Source: an uncultured Prolixibacteraceae bacterium
GTDB taxonomy: Bacteria; Bacteroidota; Bacteroidia; Bacteroidales; FEN-979
Reading direction: 5' to 3'
Length of the DNA stretch: 64,000 nucleotides
Assembly (NCBI GenBank): GCA_964605775.1
Contig: CAZSDU010000001.1
Location: 102,741-166,740, forward strand
Position numbers and translations under genes: made by a program. The notes beneath the pieces were generated by a model that ran no database searches, had not been told where the DNA came from, and saw only the letters and a list, made by a program, of their open reading frames with translations. Shown piece after piece: positions 9,514 through 19,617 of this stretch. The first letter of the stretch is position 1. Each line of letters starts with the position of its first letter.

Positions 9514-11961
9514 TTAATTGATTACGATTTTTTTAAAGAGTTTTCCTTCCGAGGTCGATAACTGCAATAAATATATGCCTTTGGTTAGCGTTAAGTTATT
9601 AACCGGAACATCATTGTTTCCCTGATGAATGTTACGATTTTCTTCCCAAAGTGTTCTGCCATCAAAGCCAATCAAACCAAGATGAATAATTTCATTGTTT
9701 TTAGCCTGGAACCTAAGTGTAAAATGATCGGTAGTCGGATTTGGGTAGATGATTAACTTGGAAATCAAGTCATTCTCTTCACTGATCCCGTCATGAGGCT
9801 TGAAGGTTATCCTGACTGTATCTGACTGAACACCGTAAGAGTCGGTCACCCTGCAGTATACTTTTTTAGTACCAAAACCCACGCCTGTAGAATCGATATG
9901 AACGATTTGTCCCAGATCTCCTGTGGACCACACATAGGTTTCAAATTGACCGGCATCCAGGGTCACGGTTTCATTTGCATATACAATCTGATCAGGACCC
10001 AGGTCAAGCACGGGGTGATCGCTTAAAGGAATGGCAAGCTTAAAACGCTGGATAAACTCCTGATAAAAAAGATTAGCAATCAAGGCATCATGAATGACGA
10101 TGCTGTTTTCGTCATTATTGACGTTGGCTGCATCGCTCCAGTTATGGGAACCAGTCCACACGAAGGGGTCAGAAGATGGATTTGACTGATCCACTATCAT
10201 CATCTTGCTATGGAGTAGTCCCTGTTCATGGTATTCCCTGAAATTATTCCCGAGGGCAGTGCCAAGGTTTGCGACCACGGTAGCATCGGAAGTGGCACGA
10301 TTGGAGATAACCACCTTGGAGTTCACTCCTGCCTGTGATTTTGCAATGATGGCATTGCTGATCACAGTACGGGTGATTAGCATTGTCCCGACCTCCATAT
10401 CCGTATTGGCTGTTCCGATGTGGTTGACGATCTGCTGATTGACGCCATCGCTGGGACTGAAATAAACTTCCACCCTTTTACCCCCAATGATCAGTTCATG
10501 AGGAGTATTATCGGATTTCGCGGGTCCAAATTTTGCATTGGACGCGTTGGGGGTAATGGTGGATGAACCATACATTTCTTCGAATTCAAGGGTATAAACG
10601 ATGGCCAAACTCTTGTCCTGAATAAACAATACATTATTGGCATCGGTATTTATATTCTGATCTGTCCAGTTACAGGACCCTGTCCATACGATGGGATCGT
10701 TGGGGTTGGCAGACTGCCCATCGATCACCATGAATTTGTCATGCATTATTCCCGAAGTAACCGGCCGGGCAATTTTCCCGATACCGGCATTGAGCTCCTG
10801 CATGGCGGAGTTATTGGTTCCCCCATCGGTTACGATCCTGACCCTGACCCCTCTGGCATTGGCAGCATTAAGCGCGCCTACGATACTACTGATCCCTTCA
10901 ACGTTAAAATTGTAAATGGCAATATCGATGGTTTGTTTGGCCCGGTTAATATAAGCGATACAAGTATCATCCACAGCGCGGTTAATTTGTATTGCTTTTT
11001 CAGAAGTTGCTACGGTAGTATCAACCGGTCTTGTGAAATAAATCTTGAATATACCGCTGGAAAGGGATTGAGTGACGAAATTCTTCAGTCCCGACCAGCC
11101 GGTATCGGAAGCGGCCACAGAAAAGGCTTTAACATAGATCAAATCGGAAGGGCTGAGCCCTGAAAGACTGATGCTGTGTGTCAGTCCGCTTCCTGTCGAA
11201 GGAATATGACCGAGTTCCAGTTGAGGGGTGCGTCCATAGAAAAGCTCCGTGCTTCCTGCAATATTGGTTGTCCAATCCAGGGAAAACCCGCTGGTGGTAA
11301 TATTGCTGACTGCAAGGGGGGTGGTGAACAGGATTGAGCTGCTGGCAAGAATATCATTTTTATCGCGGAGCAGCAGTTGATATCCCTGGGTGGGGTTCGA
11401 ATAATGAAATTGAGAACAGATACCTACGAGGGTGACTTTATCCGCAGGGATGATTTGTCCTACAAGGTTTGAATTATTGTTGACACGAACCTGGGCAGTT
11501 TGACTCCCTGCGGTCACATTATAATTGGTATTTCCGGCAAAAACTCCACCGGCATTGGCAAATGTAACATCTACCATTTTGACCAGCATGGCTTCGTTGG
11601 CTTCATTCATTCCGCCGGGAGTGATGACCAGGGGTTCAGGAAGATTAACCGGGGCTATGGCCGAAAAGGAATTAACCGGATCCAATTCAAGGAGCTGGTT
11701 ATATAATTTCGTGACCCCGGTGATCAGGATGGAATCCCCCCTGACAACGGAGCTCAGGGTATTGCTATAAGCTGCAATGCCGGCAGTGCCATCCTGCAGA
11801 TAACGGATAATGCCCAATTCAGAACCATTGGTAACGACTCCACGGACAGTGACTGTCGATCCTTCAGGCATAGCTTTGGCAGCGGCGATGGTAATCGCCT
11901 GAGAGAAGCCCTGAAGTCCAAAGATCGTCAGGAAAATGATTAAAGAAGCAATTTTTTTCAT
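9514..11961 (-). CDS. T9SS cargo: two OB-fold-like domains, Fn3-like domain, double-HKD phospholipase D/Nuc-like domain, CTD
   Basis: Signal peptide; TVTVRGVVT...YLQDGTAGI; HDKFMVID and HSKMMIVD with WTGSxNW; IYPNP CTD. Confidence 0.85.
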   Translation of the reverse strand: MKKIASLIIFLTIFGLQGFSQAITIAAAKAMPEGSTVTVRGVVTNGSELGIIRYLQDGTAGIAAYSNTLSSVVRGDSILITGVTKLYNQLLELDPVNSFSAIAPVNLPEPLVITPGGMNEANEAMLVKMVDVTFANAGGVFAGNTNYNVTAGSQTAQVRVNNNSNLVGQIIPADKVTLVGICSQFHYSNPTQGYQLLLRDKNDILASSSILFTTPLAVSNITTSGFSLDWTTNIAGSTELFYGRTPQLELGHIPSTGSGLTHSISLSGLSPSDLIYVKAFSVAASDTGWSGLKNFVTQSLSSGIFKIYFTRPVDTTVATSEKAIQINRAVDDTCIAYINRAKQTIDIAIYNFNVEGISSIVGALNAANARGVRVRIVTDGGTNNSAMQELNAGIGKIARPVTSGIMHDKFMVIDGQSANPNDPIVWTGSCNWTDQNINTDANNVLFIQDKSLAIVYTLEFEEMYGSSTITPNASNAKFGPAKSDNTPHELIIGGKRVEVYFSPSDGVNQQIVNHIGTANTDMEVGTMLITRTVISNAIIAKSQAGVNSKVVISNRATSDATVVANLGTALGNNFREYHEQGLLHSKMMIVDQSNPSSDPFVWTGSHNWSDAANVNNDENSIVIHDALIANLFYQEFIQRFKLAIPLSDHPVLDLGPDQIVYANETVTLDAGQFETYVWSTGDLGQIVHIDSTGVGFGTKKVYCRVTDSYGVQSDTVRITFKPHDGISEENDLISKLIIYPNPTTDHFTLRFQAKNNEIIHLGLIGFDGRTLWEENRNIHQGNNDVPVNNLTLTKGIYLLQLSTSEGKLFKKIVIN

Positions 11962-12019
11962 GTTATTGTTTTTATTTCAGTATTAGATTAGTACCAGAGT
12001 AACAAAGTTAAACATCTTA

Positions 12020-12051
12020 CTCACCATCTCACAAACTCACCATCTCACCAG
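12020..12051. repeat. degenerate 8-nt tandem array (ctcacca-type)
   Basis: ctcaccat ctcacaaa ctcaccat ctcaccag. Confidence 0.8.
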
Positions 12052-12055
12052 CTTA

Positions 12056-14935
12056 TTAATAGCTGATAGCGATGGATGCATTGAACCTTCTTCCCATCCC
12101 AAAGAATACGCCGGCCGATGAAGCATCAAATCCTGTGGTTTTTGTAGAATAGGAATCGTTGTTTTTGGCATCAGAAATATACTTCTGGTTAAGCAGGTTT
12201 AAAACGCTTGCCCTGATATCCAGCTTGAAATTTTTAAATGTAAAACGATATCCGGCATTCAGGTCAACCAGATAATACACGGGTAATTGCCAGGAATCAG
12301 GAGGATTTCCATCTTTGTCCATATATTTTGGAATCAGGGAGGCGGGATCCATCTGGGAGTAATTTTTAGCAAACAGAGTAAAGCTGCCAGAGACATACAG
12401 ATATTTAATGATTTCCCAACGCAGGCTTTCCATCAACTGGAACTGGGCTGCATCTCCGACATGTACTCCTTTGGCATTAAAAGTCAGGCTATCCAGCAGG
12501 TTGCCACTGGGATCGTAAACATAGGCCGTACCTCCTGACATCCATCGCCAATCTCCCCAGGCTACTACCTGATCCCATTGTATTGAGGGAATGGGTTTCC
12601 ATCCAAATTCAACTTCTATCCCGGTATGTAATGCATCTATACCGTTTATGTTTACAGGAAAATTGTCGCCATTGATCGTAACGTATAATGCTTGATCAAG
12701 GGGGCGGTTTTTCCAGTTGGTGAGGTAGGCATTAAGATTAAGTCCGATGGTTTTTGAATTGTAGCTATATCCTACTTCCACAGCCCTGATGATTTCATTT
12801 CTTACATCCAGGTATTCCTTATTGTTGTTATCAAATACATTCTGGAAACGGGGAGCTTTCGACAAATAACCCAGGTTGATAAATACGTTATTCCTTTTAT
12901 CAATATTATAGTTCGCTCCTCCTTTGATGGTAAATCCGGGAAAATATTTCCATTTTGTCCTTGTCGCAAACGCATGAGATGAATTAATATCGTATGCCGT
13001 GGGATTGACAATGGAAAAGGTGTCTTTTATCGAACCATTCTGTTTTACCACGAAAACAGTATCTCCTGAAGTAAATTGGGTATCTCCTTTCCCCTGTGAA
13101 TAAGTGAGATTGTCATTGCCATTATAATAGAAAGTATCTCCATATCCCACTGCCTGGGTGAAAGTATTGCCATCCACGATAATATCTTTTTTCTTGAAAT
13201 AATCAATACGGTTATAGGCAGATAAGGCAGTGGTCAGGTTAATGAAAGCCGACCATTTATCTTTTTTAAATTCCAGTTGTGCAAAGACTCCTCCCCAGCG
13301 GACCAATCCATCATTGTAATAATAGATTTTGTCGCCAACAACCATGTTATCATACTGATTTTTATTCTTGTTGGCATCATCCCGCATGAAATCGCCTCCC
13401 AGCAGGTCGTACACCTCACCGTAATGCTGACCCTTGTATGTTCTCAGGTCAAGACCACCGGAAAGGGTGAACATCGGGTTAATCTCCCAGTTAAAAGTAG
13501 ATAACAATCCATACCAGTAATGATTGTTAACACTACTGCGAATAATGCCTTCGGAACGATGAGTGGGATCATTCATATTCCTGTCATAATAACTCTGGTA
13601 ATTGATCAGTCCATTAGAAAGGTCAATATTCGAAAAAGTAGAGGTGATATAGGCTCCGCTGGAAGTAGTGGAAAAATTCCCCGTTCCTCCTCCGTTTCCG
13701 ATGGAAGCATAAACAATATTAGACCAATAAAATTTATCGGTGACACGCCAGAAATCCCTTAAACTGAGCTGGGGTTTGAAATAATAATTTTTGGATTGGG
13801 ACAGATCTTCCGTTTTATCCAGATAGACCGGATTTCCTTCTGTATCTTTTTCTGTCCAGCGGTTCAGGTGTCCCCAGTTCGAATTGTATCGGATCCCATA
13901 GGAATAGGTGGAATCTATGAGGCCCTGGCGGACGCCGACTTTTGCCGCATAAACCTTATCAAAGGTGGCGATGGATTTCATATAGGATCGCTGGGCATGC
14001 TGCTGGGGAGCACCCATGGCTGAAAAGGTGAGGGTATGCCGGCCAAATCGCTTATCCACCCGGATATATCCAAACCAGCCTTTGGTCCAGGTATTGTCCA
14101 CCCAGCCATTACCTTGTTTGTAGGAAGCGGCTATTGTCACGCCCCAGCCATATTTCAATTGACCGGTCGTGACGCCAAGGGAGGTCCTGAAAAAACCATC
14201 GCTGCCAAATTCCTGTTTGACGATTCCGCCCAGGTTCACATCTATCCCCTTGGTGATAATATTCATGGTTCCACCGACGGAAGGCAAAGCCAGTTTTGAA
14301 GCGCCCAGACCACGTTGGACCTGGATATTCCGGGTCACGGCATCAAGGCCGAACCAGTTGGACCAGTAAACCCATCCATTTTCCATATCATTCACCGGAA
14401 TCCCGTCAATCATCACGGCAAGATTGCGTTGGCTGAAACCCCGGATGTTAATACGGGCATCGCCATCGCCTCCTCCCTGTTGGGTAGCATAAACCCCGGG
14501 AGTTTTGTTAAGGATCATCGGGAGATCGCGGGAAGCAAGTCCTTCCTGCATCTGAAGAGGAGTCACCGTGGAAAATGCAACGGGGGTTTCCCGGGTTTTT
14601 GCCACATCACCCACAACTTCCACCTCTGTGAGGGTGGGTGTTTTTAACTGAAAGTCATAGGTGATATCCGACTCGGCGACCACGATATCTGCTTCCTGGG
14701 GAAGATATCCCACATAAGAAACCCTGAGGTGGTAGTTGCCCTTTTCAACTTTGATATAATATCTTCCATCCATATCGGAAACAACTCCTTTATTTTCACC
14801 ATACATGATGGTAGCGCCGATAAGTGTTTCCCCTGATCCGGCATCTTTGATCACTCCCCTGATCATCCGTTTTTGCGCAAACATAACAACAGGCAGGAAC
14901 ATGATCAACATAAGAACAACTGCACGCTTTGTCAT
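12056..14935 (-). CDS. TonB-dependent receptor with N-terminal carboxypeptidase-regulatory-like domain
   Basis: GETLIGATI, plug motifs (TPGVY, INIRGF, DGIPVND, IQVQRGLGAS..GGTMNIIT), C-terminal NLLNQKY...GRRFNASIAISY. Confidence 0.93.
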   Translation of the reverse strand: MTKRAVVLMLIMFLPVVMFAQKRMIRGVIKDAGSGETLIGATIMYGENKGVVSDMDGRYYIKVEKGNYHLRVSYVGYLPQEADIVVAESDITYDFQLKTPTLTEVEVVGDVAKTRETPVAFSTVTPLQMQEGLASRDLPMILNKTPGVYATQQGGGDGDARINIRGFSQRNLAVMIDGIPVNDMENGWVYWSNWFGLDAVTRNIQVQRGLGASKLALPSVGGTMNIITKGIDVNLGGIVKQEFGSDGFFRTSLGVTTGQLKYGWGVTIAASYKQGNGWVDNTWTKGWFGYIRVDKRFGRHTLTFSAMGAPQQHAQRSYMKSIATFDKVYAAKVGVRQGLIDSTYSYGIRYNSNWGHLNRWTEKDTEGNPVYLDKTEDLSQSKNYYFKPQLSLRDFWRVTDKFYWSNIVYASIGNGGGTGNFSTTSSGAYITSTFSNIDLSNGLINYQSYYDRNMNDPTHRSEGIIRSSVNNHYWYGLLSTFNWEINPMFTLSGGLDLRTYKGQHYGEVYDLLGGDFMRDDANKNKNQYDNMVVGDKIYYYNDGLVRWGGVFAQLEFKKDKWSAFINLTTALSAYNRIDYFKKKDIIVDGNTFTQAVGYGDTFYYNGNDNLTYSQGKGDTQFTSGDTVFVVKQNGSIKDTFSIVNPTAYDINSSHAFATRTKWKYFPGFTIKGGANYNIDKRNNVFINLGYLSKAPRFQNVFDNNNKEYLDVRNEIIRAVEVGYSYNSKTIGLNLNAYLTNWKNRPLDQALYVTINGDNFPVNINGIDALHTGIEVEFGWKPIPSIQWDQVVAWGDWRWMSGGTAYVYDPSGNLLDSLTFNAKGVHVGDAAQFQLMESLRWEIIKYLYVSGSFTLFAKNYSQMDPASLIPKYMDKDGNPPDSWQLPVYYLVDLNAGYRFTFKNFKLDIRASVLNLLNQKYISDAKNNDSYSTKTTGFDASSAGVFFGMGRRFNASIAISY

Positions 14936-14958
14936 AATTCAGTTATTAGTGTTTTGAC

Positions 14959-14997
14959 ACAATATAGGGGCAACCCTGCGGCTTGCCCCTATATTGT
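14959..14997. terminator. perfect 15-bp stem-loop between the LTD and TBDR genes
   Basis: acaatataggggcaa / ttgcccctatattgt with 9-nt loop. Confidence 0.7.
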
Positions 14998-15021
14998 TTT
15001 TAACCATTTTCAATCATTCCT

Positions 15022-16044
15022 TTATTGGGTAATGATCTTTCGGATCACCGGCTGATTGTCGCCCAGGAACACTTTAACCAGATAAATTCCATCGGGCATT
15101 TCATTCAGCACAACCCTGACTTCTTTCTGACGGTTAGCCAGGGTTTTGGAATAAACCGTTTTCCCCACGATGGAAACTACTTCTACCGCGGTGATGGATT
15201 GGTTGGCAGCAACAGTAAACTGATTATTGGTCACAGGATTCGGCTGAACAGTAACGCTGACCGATTGCTGGGGTTCAGTAATCCCCTGTGAGGATTTGCA
15301 ATCGCACCAATGGGTTCCGAGGCTGTCGAAAAAGTTGGCAGGCAGTGTATCATATTCTTTCAAGGCATAGAAGCTGTTGGGGACACCGCCGGTGATTGAA
15401 TCTCCATAATGGCTCATGGTTATTCTGTCAACCCCGAACTTAACGGTATGCTTGCGAACCAGGGTTTTACTTTTCGTCAGGTATCGTCCTGTTCCAATCA
15501 CATAGGGTTTGGTATCGGTCCAGGCGCCGGAAGGGCTGTAAGTTCCCTGCCAGTTTTTCGGACGAACGCCGATTTCCCCGAAAATATCTATATCCTTCCA
15601 GGATTCGTTGGGTTGTTTTTTCTGAAGGGATACGGCATCATCTCCATTCCAGAAAACACAATTTCCGCCGGGAGTTGTTCCACCATAATCATAAGGTGCG
15701 AGCCAGTCTGCTTTTTTACGTAAGCCAGGCCAAACCATGGTATCCTGGCCGGGTTTGGTAGTATCCTGTATGATGACCCAGGTGGAAAACGCAGCAATGG
15801 TTCCGGTCAAGGGCAGATTGTAAAGCAATTCCTGATCAGAAGTAGTGCTTCCGTTGGAATAACGGATAAGGCGGTAATTACCATCCAGGGTAATGGGGTT
15901 GGGGGTAGGATTATACAATTCAACGGCTTTGTTATTGTTCCATCCTTCCACATGTTCCGACATGAAGATATCAGCACAGTCTGTCTGTGCATAGATCAAA
16001 GCTGCCGGAAAGAAAAGCGAAATAGAAAGTAAAAGTTTTTTCAT
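15022..16044 (-). CDS. T9SS cargo with lamin-tail domain
   Basis: Signal peptide; IFMSEHVEGWNNNKAVELYNP, FWNGDDAVSL, DIFGEIG; VQPNP CTD. Confidence 0.82.
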   Translation of the reverse strand: MKKLLLSISLFFPAALIYAQTDCADIFMSEHVEGWNNNKAVELYNPTPNPITLDGNYRLIRYSNGSTTSDQELLYNLPLTGTIAAFSTWVIIQDTTKPGQDTMVWPGLRKKADWLAPYDYGGTTPGGNCVFWNGDDAVSLQKKQPNESWKDIDIFGEIGVRPKNWQGTYSPSGAWTDTKPYVIGTGRYLTKSKTLVRKHTVKFGVDRITMSHYGDSITGGVPNSFYALKEYDTLPANFFDSLGTHWCDCKSSQGITEPQQSVSVTVQPNPVTNNQFTVAANQSITAVEVVSIVGKTVYSKTLANRQKEVRVVLNEMPDGIYLVKVFLGDNQPVIRKIITQ

Positions 16045-16121
16045 ATTTTAGGTATTAAGGGGGTTTCTCCGAAATTCTATACAAAAATAGAAAAAGAATG
16101 TCCGTGAAAGTTAAGGGATTA

Positions 16122-19100
16122 TTAAATGTTAGTAACTTTTTGCAAAGATAAAGACTCAAGTCTGGTCAGCGCATCTTCAATTCCGGCTACATTCTTCAGG
16201 GTGATCAGTAAACGATCCTTGTCTTCCTTCATCTGGCAAAACCGGGGATGATCCTTTATAAAATCGAGCAATGCGGTAAACTGGAGCGACTGATAGTAAG
16301 GAGAGTCGGGGTTTGAGATGAAATAAGCATTCAGGCGGTTGTTACGCAGCAACAGTTTTTCAAAGCCGATCTTTCTTGCCAGCCAGCGTAACCGGATGGT
16401 AAGGATAAGGGTTTCCGTCTGAGGTGGAAGGGGGCCAAAACGATCCGTCAATTCAGTCTGAAACCGGATCAGTTTTTCTTCCGTTTCAATGGCATCGAGT
16501 TCCTTGTAAAGATTGAGCCTTTCCGTGATATTCACAACATAATGGTCGGGGATGAGAATTTCGAGGTCAGTTTCAATAACACAGTCTTTCACGTACTCCC
16601 CTTGGAAATCTTCTTTGAAAACATCCCTGAATTCATTTTCCTTCAGTTCAAGTAAGGCTTCATCCAGGATTTTCTGGTACATTTCATAGCCGATTTCTGA
16701 AATAAAACCGCTTTGTTCCCCTCCCAGGATGTTTCCTGCTCCGCGAATATCAAGGTCGCGCATGGCAATACTGAACCCACTGCCAAGGTCGGCAAATTCT
16801 TCAATGGTCCTCAGGCGTTTTCTTGCCTCATCGGTCAGGGTTGACATGGGTGGGGCAAGAAGATAGCAAAAAGCTTTCTTATTGGAACGGCCCACCCTCC
16901 CCCTGAGTTGATGGAGATCGCTCAGTCCATAATGATGAGCATCATTGATGATAATGGTATTGACGTTGGGAATGTCAAGCCCTGATTCGATGATGGTAGT
17001 GGAAACCAACACATCATATTCTCCTTCGATGAAATCGATCATGATCTTTTCCAGCCTGGCCCCTTCCATTTGTCCATGAGCGATGGCAATTTTTGCCCTG
17101 GGAACAGCCCTTTGGATCATCCCCGTGATGTCAAGGATATTCTGAACCCTGGTATTCACAAAGAATACCTGTCCTCCCCTGGCCACTTCATCATTGATGG
17201 CGTCCCGGATAATTGCTTCACTGAAGGGATGGATTTCTGTCTGGACAGGATATCGGTTGGGGGGAGGGGTGTTGATGATGGAAAGGTCGCGGGCGCCCAT
17301 GAGGGAGAATTGCAAGGTACGGGGAATGGGTGTGGCGGTGAGCGTGAGTGTATCCACGCTCACCTTGAACTGTTTGATTTTCTCTTTTGCCCCTACCCCG
17401 AATTTTTGTTCTTCATCTATAATCAGTAGTCCGAGATTTTTAAACTTTACGTCTTTACTGAGTAATCTGTGGGTTCCGATCAGGATGTCGATTTTCCCAA
17501 CAGCCAGGTCCTGAAGTAATTTTGTTTGAGCTTTGGTCGTTCTGAAGCGATTGATATAATCCACCCTGCCCGGAAAATTCTTTAAGCGGTCGGAAAATGT
17601 TTTATAATGCTGTAAAGCGAGTATGGTCGTAGGAACGAGAATGGCGACCTGCCGGCTTTCCGTGATGACTTTAAACGCTGCCCGGATGGCGATTTCCGTT
17701 TTTCCGAAGCCGACATCCCCGCAGATCAACCGGTCCATGGGATAAGTTTCCTCCAAATCCTTTTTTACATCCAGGGTAGTCTTGATCTGGTCGGGAGTGT
17801 CTTCATAGATAAAGGAAGCCTCCAGTTCATGCTGAAGATAAGTATCTGGAGCACAGGCATAACCCTTGGTAGCGCGCCTTTCGGCATAAAGTCGGATCAG
17901 ATCCTTGGCAATGTCCTTGACCCTGCTCTTGGTTTTGGTTTTCAGTTTATTCCAGGCCTCCGACCCCAGGCGGTTGAGGCTGGGGGCAGATCCATCCTTT
18001 CCGATGAATTTTGTTATCCTGTGGAGGGAATGAATACTGACATAGAGAAGGTCATTGTTTTTATAAATCAGGCGGATGGCTTCCTGTTCTTTTCCGTTAT
18101 TGACAATCTTCTCCAAGCCATCGAAACGTCCTACTCCATGATCAATATGGGTAACGAAATCTCCGGGTTTCAGATCGTAAAGCTCTTTCAGGGTCAGGGC
18201 TTCTTTGCTGGTATATCCATCCCTCAGATGAAACCGGTGGTAACGTTCAAAGATCTGATGGTCAGTATAACAGGCCAGCTTCAGGTCATGGTCAATGAAA
18301 CCCTCATGAATGGTGAAATTCAGCGTAAGCAGGGAGGGATCAGTATCGGGTGATAAGGGAGGGGAAATGAGAAAAGATTTGCTTTTCATCTCCTCAACAA
18401 TACTGTACAGGCGTTCTGCTTGTTTTGGATTGTCGGTCAGTAAAATATTCTGAATGCCCTGATCCCGGTTTTTATCAAGGTTTTGCAGCAGAAGGTCAAA
18501 GTTTTTATTGAAAGAAGGCTGGGGTTGGGTATGGAAGGTTACAGATGCGGCTGATTTAAAATAAAACTGATGACCAAATTCGAGGGTGGAGAAGCGAAGC
18601 AGCCACATCAGAAAGTCATTGCCTGTTAACAAAAGATCAGAGGCAGGTTGTTTGTTGATGATGTCGCTTATATAATCCATATCATCCAGCCAGATCATAG
18701 CGGCATCCGGAAGGAAAGAAAATAAAGGCTCATAGGATATTTTCTTATCCGGGCTGATTCTGATATCCGGCACAATGGAGATCTCGGCTTTTTTCTCAAT
18801 CGACAATTGCGTGGAAGGGTCAAAGCTGCGGATGGAGTCCACTTTATCATCCAGAAAAGAAATGCGGTAAGGGTGGTCACTACTGAAAGAATATACGTCA
18901 ATAATTCCGCCGCGCAACGAGAACTGACCCGGTTCTATGACAAAATCAGTGCGTTCAAACTCATATTCCACCAGCAAATCCAGAATAAAATCCATGTTCA
19001 CCTGCTCGCCTGCAAATAGTCTGAGGGTATTTTTCTCCAGAAATTTTTTATTGACTACTTTTTCGGCCAGGGCTTCCGGGTAAGTGACCAGGAGGAATTT

Positions 19101-19520
19101 CGGGGATTTGCGGTTCAGGCGGTTCAGCACTTCGGTTCTGGCAAGCAGTCCCTGATTGTCCTTCAGTCCGGAATCAATACCGCGTTTGAATGAAGAAGGA
19201 AAAAACAGCACCATTTTTTTTTCCGAATCCAGGTCCTTTTCGTCCAGGATGTTTTCAAGGTCATTATAAAAATATGCCGCCGATTCTTTATCAGGGAGAA
19301 TAAAAAAATGGACAGCGGGAAGCTTACTGAATACGGAAACCGCCACAAATGCTTTAGAAGAAGCGACAAGCCCCCTGAGGTGGAGACGAAATCTGGTGAG
19401 CTGGTGAGTGGGTGAGCTGGTGAGTGGACGAGTGGACTCAGACAGGTTTAGAATTTCCTGGACCCCGGGATGCTGGTGATAGGCTGAGAGTAATGCTGCG
19501 TGGTTCAATCCTTTATTCAT
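16122..19520 (-). CDS. mfd: transcription-repair coupling factor
   Basis: UvrB-like region (GQFSLRGGIID), CarD/TRCF domain (VTHIDHGVG), GDVGFGKT, DEEQKFG, TATPIPRTL, QLRGRVGR; likely start ATG at 19520. Confidence 0.97.
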   Translation of the reverse strand: MNKGLNHAALLSAYHQHPGVQEILNLSESTRPLTSSPTHQLTRFRLHLRGLVASSKAFVAVSVFSKLPAVHFFILPDKESAAYFYNDLENILDEKDLDSEKKMVLFFPSSFKRGIDSGLKDNQGLLARTEVLNRLNRKSPKFLLVTYPEALAEKVVNKKFLEKNTLRLFAGEQVNMDFILDLLVEYEFERTDFVIEPGQFSLRGGIIDVYSFSSDHPYRISFLDDKVDSIRSFDPSTQLSIEKKAEISIVPDIRISPDKKISYEPLFSFLPDAAMIWLDDMDYISDIINKQPASDLLLTGNDFLMWLLRFSTLEFGHQFYFKSAASVTFHTQPQPSFNKNFDLLLQNLDKNRDQGIQNILLTDNPKQAERLYSIVEEMKSKSFLISPPLSPDTDPSLLTLNFTIHEGFIDHDLKLACYTDHQIFERYHRFHLRDGYTSKEALTLKELYDLKPGDFVTHIDHGVGRFDGLEKIVNNGKEQEAIRLIYKNNDLLYVSIHSLHRITKFIGKDGSAPSLNRLGSEAWNKLKTKTKSRVKDIAKDLIRLYAERRATKGYACAPDTYLQHELEASFIYEDTPDQIKTTLDVKKDLEETYPMDRLICGDVGFGKTEIAIRAAFKVITESRQVAILVPTTILALQHYKTFSDRLKNFPGRVDYINRFRTTKAQTKLLQDLAVGKIDILIGTHRLLSKDVKFKNLGLLIIDEEQKFGVGAKEKIKQFKVSVDTLTLTATPIPRTLQFSLMGARDLSIINTPPPNRYPVQTEIHPFSEAIIRDAINDEVARGGQVFFVNTRVQNILDITGMIQRAVPRAKIAIAHGQMEGARLEKIMIDFIEGEYDVLVSTTIIESGLDIPNVNTIIINDAHHYGLSDLHQLRGRVGRSNKKAFCYLLAPPMSTLTDEARKRLRTIEEFADLGSGFSIAMRDLDIRGAGNILGGEQSGFISEIGYEMYQKILDEALLELKENEFRDVFKEDFQGEYVKDCVIETDLEILIPDHYVVNITERLNLYKELDAIETEEKLIRFQTELTDRFGPLPPQTETLILTIRLRWLARKIGFEKLLLRNNRLNAYFISNPDSPYYQSLQFTALLDFIKDHPRFCQMKEDKDRLLITLKNVAGIEDALTRLESLSLQKVTNI
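19393..19437. repeat. 8-nt tandem array inside the mfd coding sequence
   Basis: ctggtgag ctggtgag tgggtgag ctggtgag tggacgag tggac. Confidence 0.85.
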
Positions 19521-19617
19521 TACACAAACCGGGAGGGTTAAGGGGGCGGGGTTTATAATTTTATTCCTGAGCAAAATTACAAAAAGATCCGTCCGGAATT
19601 TTCCTTATTTTTGATCC

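Noticed and set aside
12056-14935. Classical SusC/SusD polysaccharide utilisation locus
   Set aside because: No SusD-like lipoprotein, glycoside hydrolase or regulator is adjacent, and SusC-type signature motifs were not recognised.
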